Origin: Candidatus Nomurabacteria bacterium
GTDB lineage: Bacteria > Patescibacteriota > Minisyncoccia > Phycocordibacterales > UBA9973
Reading direction: 5' to 3'
Length of the DNA stretch: 37,365 nucleotides
Assembly (NCBI GenBank): GCA_016196605.1
Contig: JACPXJ010000002.1
Span: forward strand, 1-37,365
In this document: in pieces, positions 17,498 through 26,119 of the stretch
Numbering within the stretch: the stretch's first letter is position 1
How the letters are laid out: the number at the start of each line of letters is the position of its first letter
Program-made: the position numbers and the translations under genes
Notes under the pieces: model-generated
Told to the model about the DNA's origin: nothing
Seen by the model: the letters and a program-made list of their open reading frames with translations, nothing else
Databases searched by the model: none

Positions 17498-17611
17498 TTT
17501 CGGGGTTACGAAGCGATGCCGATACTTGGCATTCCAGACGTTGTCGTTTGAGAACGGATTCACGTTGACCTTGAGCTGACCATTGTCGTCGAAATTCACG
17601 TTGGCAACGAA
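17498..17611 (-). repeat. DGR template repeat (TR)
   Basis: Aligns without gaps to 18015-18128 (offset 517); 32 adenines and 8 AAY codons in the VR frame. Confidence 0.95.
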
Positions 17612-17943
17612 GAATTGTGCAGAAAGCCATCCATTCCACTGCCGACTCAAGCAATTCTTAATATATTATATATGATAGTCTAAGAAAATCGGGAGTCGTG
17701 CTGTATATTATTTGGGGCTTAAAAGCCCGCAAACTCACTGCACCAACTTTATATGTTTTTTATTTGTTAAAAACTAATTCACTCTTTCGCAAGATATAAT
17801 TACCCGACAAAATTCTCAAATCAATTTTTAAATAATCATGGCTTAGAGTCTTGACCCATAAGCATTACCCGATTACAGATTTAGTATAGCAAAATTAAAA
17901 AAATAAAGAACCAAAGAGTAAAAGTTTCAAAGTGTATAAATAG

Positions 17944-17991
17944 AAAAAGCCGCGCACACTTTCTCTGGTTAGAAAAAAGCGTGGCGGCTTT
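17944..17991 (-). terminator. Hairpin downstream of VR (terminator and/or DGR homing stem-loop)
   Basis: AAAGCCGC(17946-53)...GCGGCTTT(17984-91) closing a longer imperfect stem, followed by TTTTT on the minus strand, 20 nt after the target stop. Confidence 0.7.
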
Positions 17992-18011
17992 GTGATTGGA
18001 AAGTAGCAAAG

Positions 18012-18623
18012 CTACTGCGGGGCGACGAAGCGACGCCGACACCAGGCATGCCAGACGCAGCCGCGAGAGAACGGAAACACGCGGACCCCGAGCCGACCAC
18101 CGCCGCCGAAAAACACGCTGGCAACGAAACCCCCTTCAAGCTCGAAGAATGTGGCATAACCGTCGGTACGGAGAGCATCCGGATGGTCGTCACAGAAGAT
18201 CAGAACTTGTTCCCGGTTCTGCCAGCGGCCGCGTCCTGCGCCCAGACTGCCGAAGACCTTGGCCCAGCTGCCGTTCACGATCTGCTCGTAAACGATGGCA
18301 TCTGTTGCCCTAGAGGATTTTTCCTCCGGCACAGCCTCTTCTCCGTAGACCCTGTCGCCGAAAACACCACTCCCCTTGAATTTTTTGGTGCCATGGGTGG
18401 CGGGAACGTGGAAGGTCGTCCTATCGAACAAACGGCGAAGGTAAACGACCGGCTCGGCTTTCGGACGTTTCCAATCGCCGAATTGCTCTTCCCGATCTTC
18501 TGGAGAGAGATTGTTGAACCGCTCCCATTGATCGAGTGTGATCTGGCGATCACGATACTTTTGCAGTGTGTCAATTTGCAGACCAGCCAACTTAGTGGCC
18601 GTATCCGCTTCGATGGTGTTCAT
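18012..18623 (-). CDS. DGR target (variable) protein, function unknown
   Basis: Last 38 codons are the VR; likely start MNTIEAD (18623); no signal peptide or TM segment evident. Confidence 0.9.
   Translation of the reverse strand: MNTIEADTATKLAGLQIDTLQKYRDRQITLDQWERFNNLSPEDREEQFGDWKRPKAEPVVYLRRLFDRTTFHVPATHGTKKFKGSGVFGDRVYGEEAVPEEKSSRATDAIVYEQIVNGSWAKVFGSLGAGRGRWQNREQVLIFCDDHPDALRTDGYATFFELEGGFVASVFFGGGGRLGVRVFPFSRGCVWHAWCRRRFVAPQ
18015..18128 (-). repeat. DGR variable repeat (VR)
   Basis: 85/114 identical to TR; all 29 differences fall at TR adenines; ends at the stop codon. Confidence 0.95.
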
Positions 18624-18768
18624 CGTTTTCCTTTTGTTTATGCAACGACGGAATGTCGTCACAAGTTTAAAGAAACACTTGTCAAACACTCGATGTTTGA
18701 CACTTTTATTTCCTAAAACCTGTGGCGAATCCGTCTTTATTTAAAGAGCTTATCTGTATATTGTACAC

Positions 18769-19332
18769 CTAATACCTTATTATGTCAATAGAACCGTTTT
18801 TATGCAATCTAATGACTTTTGACGCTTTGCCTGTAATTTCTCCAACGTCCACATATATATCAACAAGATTGCCAAAATATTTTCTTGCTTCTTTGATATT
18901 TTTAGCTGGAGCAGATGCTTCTGTGTTAGCTGAGGGCGCAATAAGCGGTCCGGTTTTTTTCAATAGTTCTTGCAAACTTTTGTTTCCGGGTATGCGAAAC
19001 GCTAATGTCTTTGCGCCTCTATGCAAGTACTCAAAGCTTTCATCTGCACAGTCTAAAACAAAGCTAATAGGCTCCACACTAGCTAGGACGGTCCTAGCTA
19101 GTGTTTTTTGTTGCTCAAATGTTGGGATTATTCCAAATTTTTCGAGCTCATCTAAATTCGCGATCAATATGATACAGGGTTTTTCCGGACTTCTTTTTCT
19201 TATTTTATAAATCCGCTCGACTGTGTCCTTGCCAAGCGCGCTCCCCACTATCCCATACAAGGTGTCAGTCGGCATGACTGCGACCCCGCCATTTTTTAGC
19301 TTCAGAATAGTTTTTTCGTCACTCCAGTCCAT
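18769..19332 (-). CDS. tsaC: L-threonylcarbamoyladenylate synthase (Sua5/YrdC family)
   Basis: PTDTLYGI, KIRKRSPEKP, AFRIP, APSAN. Confidence 0.92.
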   Translation of the reverse strand: MDWSDEKTILKLKNGGVAVMPTDTLYGIVGSALGKDTVERIYKIRKRSPEKPCIILIANLDELEKFGIIPTFEQQKTLARTVLASVEPISFVLDCADESFEYLHRGAKTLAFRIPGNKSLQELLKKTGPLIAPSANTEASAPAKNIKEARKYFGNLVDIYVDVGEITGKASKVIRLHKNGSIDIIRY

Positions 19333-19333
19333 T

Positions 19334-19864
19334 TTAAAGATTGCCTATTTCCCTCTCCAGCTTTCTTTCGATCTCTTCCTCGCTGACCGGCTTAAGCAAT
19401 TTATGCAATTCCGGATCGGCGGAGAGATTGACTCCTTGTTTTTCCAACAGAATCTCCATCATTTTCATGATTTTCGTTATTTCCTTTTCGGAAATAAGGT
19501 TAATCTGCAAATGAGTTTCCTCCCGCAAATCATCTATTTTAGCAGTGCGATTTTGGGAGATAAGCACAAAAATAGCCAGAATAATAGCTTCCAAGGAGAC
19601 AACCATGGTCAGAAGATTAAACGGAAAAGGGTCGAAGGCAGGAATGCCTCCTATCTTGCCAGTGTTAATGAGAATCCAAACCAAAAAAAATATCGAGTTT
19701 GCCGCCAGAAAAGCCATGCTTCCGAAGCGCGTTGTCATCCAGTCGGCTATGCGCTCGGAGCCAGTTCTCCTCGAATCGGCCTTGGCTTTGATGGTCTTGT
19801 ATATTTTTCTCTTTTGGTCTTCTTTTTTCCAAAAGAAAGAATTGGGAAGCAAATGGTCTCTCAT
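19334..19864 (-). CDS. DUF1003-family membrane protein
   Basis: ERIAD...FGS, FDPFPFNLL..VSLEAI...ISQNR. Confidence 0.88.
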   Translation of the reverse strand: MRDHLLPNSFFWKKEDQKRKIYKTIKAKADSRRTGSERIADWMTTRFGSMAFLAANSIFFLVWILINTGKIGGIPAFDPFPFNLLTMVVSLEAIILAIFVLISQNRTAKIDDLREETHLQINLISEKEITKIMKMMEILLEKQGVNLSADPELHKLLKPVSEEEIERKLEREIGNL

Positions 19865-19868
19865 ACTG

Positions 19869-20264
19869 TTATTGTAACACGCGTTCTTCCGTTTTAAAGG
19901 AAATATATCCGAGCAAGCCGAGCTGAATCGCTGGTGAGAGCCCTACAGAAAGGAATGGTACGAGCGGCATTAAGCTATTGTATGCCCATCTTCCAGTTTT
20001 GAGCGCGTAATATTCAATAAAAATGGAAATAAGAAATAATGCGGGAATCATTACCCAACTTTGTTTTTTAAGTGAAGAGAAAAATAAAAATGGCAAAGCA
20101 ACCAAAGTTATCATAATCGCATCCGCCAAAGTAGCCCGGAGGAGAATAAATTGCGTAATTTCCCCGCCCATATAATTGTCATAGAGCAGAGAATGCAGAT
20201 TCTCCCAGATCAAATTCAAAATAAAGGCGATGGAAAATACAAAAAGTGTTTTTTTCATCCCCAT
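19869..20264 (-). CDS. Hypothetical membrane protein
   Basis: About 4 hydrophobic segments, WE..H..LY and GRWAY..MP motifs; start moved to MGMKK because the longer ORF overlaps tRNA-His. Confidence 0.75.
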   Translation of the reverse strand: MGMKKTLFVFSIAFILNLIWENLHSLLYDNYMGGEITQFILLRATLADAIMITLVALPFLFFSSLKKQSWVMIPALFLISIFIEYYALKTGRWAYNSLMPLVPFLSVGLSPAIQLGLLGYISFKTEERVLQ

Positions 20265-20283
20265 AAGTATAGCAAATTTTTTG

Positions 20284-20356
20284 GGTATCCGAAGGGATTT
20301 GAACCCTTTCTTCACCCTCCACAGGGGTGCGTGCAAACCAATACACCACGGATACC
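20284..20356 (-). tRNA. tRNA-His (GTG)
   Basis: G-1 plus acceptor GTATCCG/CGGATAC, C73, anticodon arm CACCC-CTGTGGA-GGGTG, T arm AAGGG-TTCAAAT-CCCTT. Confidence 0.95.
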
Positions 20357-20364
20357 ATATATCC

Positions 20365-20880
20365 TCATCTACCAATCAAGCGAAATAATTTTTTCCGCTC
20401 TTTTTCGTCATGATGGACAAGATAATGGCAATTGTGGCATAACCATTCTAGGTTTTCAAGTTTTTGGTTTTTCCTATTTTGATCAACATGATGTACGGCA
20501 AGAACCCGAAGATTATGTTGTCTGCATAATACACAGCGTTTTATTTTTTGACTGTTCAATAATTTTCTCCGATAAATTTGGGATCCATCTTTCCAATTCT
20601 TGTTCCTAACCCCTGAAAATACTTTATTGCGCCATCTTGTTTGGCATGATTTATCACAAAAAAATTTACCGCTTTTTGATTTTTGTATTTTTGAATGCAC
20701 AATAAACACATCCTTACCACACGTAAAACAACTAAACCTCCTTCGAGGTTTTATCATGCCCCAATGATGACAAATACGGGAGCAGTACAGACCCCATCCA
20801 CGTTTTAAGAAAGATGGTCTTGCATAAAATTTCTTATTGCAAATTTTACATTTTGTATTTGCTTTTAACATATTTTTCAA
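20365..20880 (-). CDS. HNH endonuclease with N-terminal Cys-rich zinc-finger repeats
   Basis: CxxC..YCSxxC repeats, NKNWKDG, VHHVDQNRKNQKLENLEWLCHNCH. Confidence 0.85.
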   Translation of the reverse strand: MKNMLKANTKCKICNKKFYARPSFLKRGWGLYCSRICHHWGMIKPRRRFSCFTCGKDVFIVHSKIQKSKSGKFFCDKSCQTRWRNKVFSGVRNKNWKDGSQIYRRKLLNSQKIKRCVLCRQHNLRVLAVHHVDQNRKNQKLENLEWLCHNCHYLVHHDEKERKKLFRLIGR

Positions 20881-21367
20881 ATTTCCTTTGGAAAATGTTG
20901 GTTATTTCTTCATCATGATGAACTAAAAAATGACAATTTTGGCAAAGCCATATCAGATTATTAAGTAAATTATTGTTTCTATTTTTATCAGCGTGATGAA
21001 CTATTAGAATCCTTTTATCATGGGTATGGCAGATAAAACACTCCGATTTTTTAATATATCTTTGTAATATTGTTTTATAGGAACTCTTGCCCCCTTTCCA
21101 ATTGGGATTTTTTTCTTCTCGCTGTGCTAAATTTAGATATCGCGTGGAGCATTGGCGACTGCAGAAAAATTTCTGACTCTTTGAGATCTTAATATTTTTA
21201 AGGGATTTGTAAGTTTTTTTTCCGCAAACAAAACAGTCGAAAATTTTTCCATTTTTTCTGCTTAAATACCCACACTTACTTGAGCAATAATGCTTCTCCG
21301 CTCTTTCTATTTGGAATTTTTTGCGTTCGAAACTTTTCTGGCAAAAATCGCAAAAAATAGTTTGCAC
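20846..21367 (-). CDS. HNH endonuclease with N-terminal Cys-rich zinc-finger repeats (paralogue)
   Basis: Same architecture: NPNWKGG, VHHADKNRNNNLLNNLIWLCQNCH; GTG start. Confidence 0.85.
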   Translation of the reverse strand: MQTIFCDFCQKSFERKKFQIERAEKHYCSSKCGYLSRKNGKIFDCFVCGKKTYKSLKNIKISKSQKFFCSRQCSTRYLNLAQREEKNPNWKGGKSSYKTILQRYIKKSECFICHTHDKRILIVHHADKNRNNNLLNNLIWLCQNCHFLVHHDEEITNIFQRKFEKYVKSKYKM

Positions 21368-21444
21368 ACCTATATTATATCATCTACAGTCTAAAACTGT
21401 AAACACAAAATCCTGTAGAAAAATCCACAAGCTTTTATACTACC

Positions 21445-24096
21445 TTATCTCGCTTTAAACAATTTAATATAGTACTCTTTATCAAAAAAATGGCTCTTGC
21501 TGCGCAATATGTACTTTGCGCTCTCAACAAGAATAATATTCAGAACGATCCAAAAAAGAATAAAAGGCAGCCACGAGAAAGGAAGTGGGGCGAGCTCAAA
21601 AATATTTCTAAGCGCTGGCAAAGTCATTGTCAGAACCAGAATCGTTACTGCAACAAGAATACTCCAGTTGAGTTTTTTATTAGAAAAAATTTTATAAGAG
21701 AAAAGCGGGCGATGCAGGCTCCGGAAAGAAAAAGAAATCGCCAGAATGTAGGAAGAGAAGCAGGCGAAAAAGACAGAGCGGGCAACAGGAAGGTCAAGAC
21801 CGATCTCCAATAGGAAATAGTAGAGAATAAACAAAAGAAGCGAGCTCAAGATCCCGACGCCAAAAATAAATATTTTTACACTTTTAGTAAATATGAGATT
21901 AGACCCAGTTATTTTTTTCTTTTCCTTATCCATATTCTCGTCAAAAGCGAATGCCAGCGCCGGCAAACTTCCGGTAAAGAGATTCACCCAGATTATCTGG
22001 AGCGCGGTAATGGGAAGCGGCAGGGCAAAAAGTAAAGCTCCGCCGATAACAAATACCTCATCAAAGGAATTCGACATAAGATACGTGAAGGCCTTCCGGA
22101 TATTGGCGAGAATTCTCCTGCCTTCATCGATCGCCATGCTGATAGTTTCAAAATTATCATCCAGGAGAACCATGTCGGATGCGGATTTGGCCACATCACT
22201 GCCGGACCCCAGCGCTATGCCGATATCCATTGCCTTGAGGGACGGCGCATCGTTTACTCCGTCTCCCGTCATAGCCACTATCTCTCCCAGCCGCTGATAC
22301 AGCCGGCCGATATGGAGCTTGTCTTCAGGCGTAACCCGAGCGAATATTTTTATTTTTGGAATGATGCCGAGGAGCTCTGCATCGGACAAGCTCTGTAGAT
22401 TCGCTCCGGAGAGCACTTCCTCTTCTTTAACCTCCCAATCCAAACTTTTTGCCACTGAAACAGCTGTTCCAAGCAGATCTCCGGTCACCAGAACCATTTT
22501 CATTCCATGCGATTCTATATTCTTTATCGCAAGAGGAACTCCTGGCCGAATAGGATCGTAAAAGACAAAAATTCCGAGAAAGTCAAGCTCGGCCGCATCT
22601 TCCACTTTGAAATTTCTCTTGTGTTTTTTGGGGATGGTGGCAAGGCCGATCAGCCGTTTGCCTTCGCGGCTGGTCTCTTCAATCCAGGATTCTATCCGCA
22701 AATATTCTTCTTTGCTAATTTTTGATCTAGAAAGCAGGATATCGGGCGCGCCCATAAATATATACTGCCCGTCTTTATCGCTAACGGAAAATTTATTGGT
22801 AGAATTAAATGGGAGAACTATGTGAGAAGTGAGAGAAGAAATAACGTTGAGCGGAATACCGTGCTGTCGGCAGGCTTTCGCAATGTTCACTTCGAAGGGC
22901 CGGCCCCGGAAAACCCATTTACTTGCATTTTCCTCCGGATTTTCAATCGAAACGTCGACATTAGAGAGGGACAGTTCAAGCAATTGTTTTTGCTCCGGAG
23001 AAAATGCCTTAAGCGATGCCTTTTCTCCATTCGCATCATGCCCCCCTAGGATTTTTTTTACTTCACTTATGCTCACCAGCCGCATATCCGCAAGCGTAAG
23101 CGTTCCTGTCTTATCCGTCATAATGAGAGTCGTTGATCCGAGAGTCTCGGACGCAGTGAGTTTCCTGACAATTCCCTTTTTGCCGGCAATTCGCTCGGAT
23201 CCCATTGCGAGAATCACAGTAAGAACTATCGGCAGCGCCTCCGGCACCGCTCCGACAGCGACTGCCGCCGAAAGAATGAGCATAGGAATAAGCGAAACGC
23301 CTCTAGTTACCCCTAAGATTAAAATGAGAAAAACAATGAAGCACACCACAAAGAAAATCAGCCATGCTAATCGCCCTACGCCCCTTTGCAGAGGAGTTTT
23401 TGTCCTCTTAGTTTTAGAAACTACGCTTGCAATTTTTCCAATTTCAGTTTCGTTGCCTGTACCGTATACGATTCCCGCGGCATAACCCTGCACCACCAAG
23501 CTCCCCGCGTGCGCGATATTCTTGCGCTCTGCCACAGGCGCGGTAAAAGCCGCTGTCTCGATACCCTTTTCTACAGGCGTAGACTCTCCGGTAAGTATCG
23601 CCTCATCCACGCTGAAATCGTTTACGGAAATTATGCGGGCATCAGCCGGCACCCGAGCGCCGTACGATAATTTTATTATGTCTCCGGGAACTAAAAGCAA
23701 AGAATCTATCTCTTGCTCAACGCCATTTCTGATTACTCTCGCCCGATCTTTTATATAAGTCGTGAGTTTATCCAGCGTGTTTTCAGCATGATACTCATGA
23801 TAAAAGCCCAGAAACACATTTAGAAGCACAGCCAGAACAATAATAATGGTCTCGGCCGTTTCGCCAAGAATAAAAGTAAGGGTGCCGGCGCCCACAAGCA
23901 GGAAGATAAGCGGACTTAAAAACTGTTTTAGAAATAAAGCTATGAAACTTATCTTTTCTTTTCCATGAAAAGTATTATTACCGTATTGGGCCAGGCGGGC
24001 AGAAGCTTCCTTATCGGTTATTCCGGCCAAGGTCGAACTCAATTCGGCAATAACCTCTTCTCCTTTTTTTGCCCAAGGTTGTTTAATTATCTCCAT
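21445..24096 (-). CDS. Cation-transporting P-type ATPase (type II, Ca2+-like)
   Basis: [32 protein letters not shown]; start moved to MEIIKQ (24096), overlapping the VKOR stop. Confidence 0.95.
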   Translation of the reverse strand: MEIIKQPWAKKGEEVIAELSSTLAGITDKEASARLAQYGNNTFHGKEKISFIALFLKQFLSPLIFLLVGAGTLTFILGETAETIIIVLAVLLNVFLGFYHEYHAENTLDKLTTYIKDRARVIRNGVEQEIDSLLLVPGDIIKLSYGARVPADARIISVNDFSVDEAILTGESTPVEKGIETAAFTAPVAERKNIAHAGSLVVQGYAAGIVYGTGNETEIGKIASVVSKTKRTKTPLQRGVGRLAWLIFFVVCFIVFLILILGVTRGVSLIPMLILSAAVAVGAVPEALPIVLTVILAMGSERIAGKKGIVRKLTASETLGSTTLIMTDKTGTLTLADMRLVSISEVKKILGGHDANGEKASLKAFSPEQKQLLELSLSNVDVSIENPEENASKWVFRGRPFEVNIAKACRQHGIPLNVISSLTSHIVLPFNSTNKFSVSDKDGQYIFMGAPDILLSRSKISKEEYLRIESWIEETSREGKRLIGLATIPKKHKRNFKVEDAAELDFLGIFVFYDPIRPGVPLAIKNIESHGMKMVLVTGDLLGTAVSVAKSLDWEVKEEEVLSGANLQSLSDAELLGIIPKIKIFARVTPEDKLHIGRLYQRLGEIVAMTGDGVNDAPSLKAMDIGIALGSGSDVAKSASDMVLLDDNFETISMAIDEGRRILANIRKAFTYLMSNSFDEVFVIGGALLFALPLPITALQIIWVNLFTGSLPALAFAFDENMDKEKKKITGSNLIFTKSVKIFIFGVGILSSLLLFILYYFLLEIGLDLPVARSVFFACFSSYILAISFSFRSLHRPLFSYKIFSNKKLNWSILVAVTILVLTMTLPALRNIFELAPLPFSWLPFILFWIVLNIILVESAKYILRSKSHFFDKEYYIKLFKAR

Positions 24097-24509
24097 ATTA
24101 TTAAAATGAAAATAAGAAAACAAATAATCGCGGAAACAATACACCAAGAGCATCCTTTTTTCAAAATAAAAATCTGCACGCCTATAAGATACGCGGAAAA
24201 AAGAAGAGCAAGCAGAGAGACGAGGGCTGTTAAGCCGAGAAAAATATTGGGCAAAATTTGTCCTAAAAAAATAGAACCGAGATAAAAAACTGATATAAAA
24301 GCATAATAAATCATGCCAAAAATCTCTACTGGCACGCCGAAAAATCGGGAATAATCGCTGTGGACCACAGCATGGCAATCAAACCCAATCGGACAAATAA
24401 GAGGCATGTTTTTTACTTTATGGTTACGGATATGTTTGGCCACCATAAAACCGGCTATTCCTAAGACAAGAATTATTATCTGCGTCAAAATATCATTTGA
24501 AAATAGCAT
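24087..24509 (-). CDS. Vitamin K epoxide reductase (VKOR) family protein
   Basis: CPIGFDCHAVVHSDYSRFFGVP and C-terminal CSWC. Confidence 0.92.
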   Translation of the reverse strand: MLFSNDILTQIIILVLGIAGFMVAKHIRNHKVKNMPLICPIGFDCHAVVHSDYSRFFGVPVEIFGMIYYAFISVFYLGSIFLGQILPNIFLGLTALVSLLALLFSAYLIGVQIFILKKGCSWCIVSAIICFLIFILIIWR

Positions 24510-24579
24510 GAGAAAATTATAGCATACAATGTGTGGCTCCCTTAAAGAAAAATTTCAAAAAGTAAAATCAATGTGTGAT

Positions 24580-25059
24580 TTATGGAAAATTAACAGCTAC
24601 GCAATACCAATATGCGTCGTTGTAGCAAGATAGATTAGTGTTAGGAATATTTTCCATGTGCTGAACGATTCTATACCCCTGACCGGACTTTTCACTTCTA
24701 TATTGTATTTTACATTCTCCCGTTATCGGATCGTCAATATAAGTAGTTAAGAATCCTTCATCAATTAGTGGTTTTAAGAATGTATTAGTTGGATCATTGT
24801 CTCCGCGGAAACCACCGCAATCCCTTCCCCATGTAGCAGTACTCCATTCCGGGTATCTGCCGTATTTATAATAATAAAATTCAAGAGCCGTTCCTATAGA
24901 TTTTAGTTCAGAAAGGCGACGCGCGTCTCGTGCTTTTACACGCGCAGTATTTAAACTGGCAAGAACAACTGACGATAAAATACCAATAATTGCAATAACA
25001 ACAAGGAGCTCTATCAGCGTAAATCCCTGGTTCTTTTTTTTGTTATATGATTTTATCAT
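24580..25059 (-). CDS. Type IV pilin / GspG-like prepilin
   Basis: GFTLIELLVVIAIIGILSSVVL N-methylation motif, ARDARR. Confidence 0.93.
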   Translation of the reverse strand: MIKSYNKKKNQGFTLIELLVVIAIIGILSSVVLASLNTARVKARDARRLSELKSIGTALEFYYYKYGRYPEWSTATWGRDCGGFRGDNDPTNTFLKPLIDEGFLTTYIDDPITGECKIQYRSEKSGQGYRIVQHMENIPNTNLSCYNDAYWYCVAVNFP

Positions 25060-25319
25060 ATTGGAAACTCGCTCATTACTCTTTCAGGAGGTAAGTCCTG
25101 ACCACCTCCCAAAAAAAACAAAAACAGCGAAATAATAATCGCCGCCGCCGCAAACCCGATCAAAACATAATTCGCCTGTTTTTCATCTTTAATTGCTCCA
25201 CCAGAATATTTAATCACCCACTCTGTGATTTTTGGCGTTGCCGTTTGAAAAGATCGGGCAGAGTGTTGAAACTCTTCGCCCTCAAACACTATTTTCCCCG
25301 GTTCGTTGTTTTGGTCCAT
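25056..25319 (-). CDS. Small membrane protein, hypothetical
   Basis: 87 aa with a single TM; stop overlaps the pilin start. Confidence 0.7.
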   Translation of the reverse strand: MDQNNEPGKIVFEGEEFQHSARSFQTATPKITEWVIKYSGGAIKDEKQANYVLIGFAAAAIIISLFLFFLGGGQDLPPERVMSEFPI

Positions 25320-25449
25320 AACTTTCTAAAAATATTGTTGCAGTTTTGATTTTCCACAACTGTTTTAATTATATCACTTACGCCCCCTGCAAGAAAAAAG
25401 TGGACTATTTCAACAACTTATCCACCGAAAAAATCATTGAGTTCCTTAT

Positions 25450-25535
25450 TGGTGCGCGGGAGAGGAATCGCACCTCCACGCCCTTGCGGGCACTGCCACC
25501 TCAAGGCAGCTCGGCTACTGTTACGACACCCGCGC
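25450..25535 (-). tRNA. tRNA-Leu (GAG)
   Basis: Acceptor GCGCGGG/CCCGCGC-A-CCA, anticodon arm CTGCC-TTGAGGT-GGCAG, long variable arm GCCC-GCAA-GGGC. Confidence 0.93.
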
Positions 25536-25559
25536 ATATTTAGTAGTATATCAGATTCA

Positions 25560-26030
25560 CTAAGCAGCTTTAACCTCTTCGGCTGGACCTTCTGATGCTT
25601 CTTCAGTCTCTAGATTAATTACCGAACGCATTTTTTTGCGGACATCTTTGATAGCTTTATCACGGATATAGTACAGCTTGGATCTGCGGGCCCTAGCTTT
25701 CTTGGTCACTTCAATTTTATCCACCATCGGAGAGTACAGCGGAAAAATTCTTTCCACTCCCACCCCGGACGCGATTTTTCTCACAGTGAAAGTGGCGCCG
25801 AGTTCTGTACCGTGCTTCCTTGCAAGGACAATGCCCTCAAAAGCCTGCAGTCGGTACTTTGGGGCTGATGGCTTCTTGGCTTCGCCCTTCTTGGCATCTT
25901 TTTTGTCAGCCGCTTTTTCCTCTAAAATCTTGGACCACACGATTATAGTGTCGCCTGCCTTAAAATCAAGCCGCTTGCGAGCCTCCATATCTACCGGACT
26001 CCATTTTATATTGCTTGTTATGACTGTCAT
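25560..26030 (-). CDS. rplS: 50S ribosomal protein L19
   Basis: [43 protein letters not shown]. Confidence 0.97.
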   Translation of the reverse strand: MTVITSNIKWSPVDMEARKRLDFKAGDTIIVWSKILEEKAADKKDAKKGEAKKPSAPKYRLQAFEGIVLARKHGTELGATFTVRKIASGVGVERIFPLYSPMVDKIEVTKKARARRSKLYYIRDKAIKDVRKKMRSVINLETEEASEGPAEEVKAA

Positions 26031-26119
26031 ATTAGTTCGTACACTTTAGCATAAAATATTTTTTGGGGCAAATTTAAAATAGACCAAATATCATAATAGA
26101 CACGGCCGTTGCTATTATA

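Larger units (their letters stand above)
16051..18623 (-). mobile_element. Diversity-generating retroelement (target/VR - TR - antisense avd - RT)
   Basis: RT, Avd-like gene and a 114-bp TR/VR pair with exclusively adenine-specific mismatches. Confidence 0.96.

Noticed and set aside
17325-17654. Minus-strand ORFs 17390-17650 and 17325-17654 as genes, or as a paralogue of the target
   Set aside because: They are the template repeat read in or near the VR frame plus antisense avd; similarity is limited to the 114-bp repeat.
20284-21367. HNH genes as cargo of a tRNA intron or a prophage integrated at tRNA-His
   Set aside because: The tRNA is contiguous, no duplicated tRNA 3' end (att site) or integrase was seen, and flanking genes are cellular.
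24097-24378. N-terminal extension of the P-type ATPase ORF (also the long starts of 5671-6357 and 19869-20375)
   Set aside because: These extensions overlap VKOR, rpmB and tRNA-His respectively; downstream ATGs fit better.
24580-25059. Pilin as a second DGR target
   Set aside because: No similarity to the TR seen in its 3' end; no second VR noticed in the window by eye.
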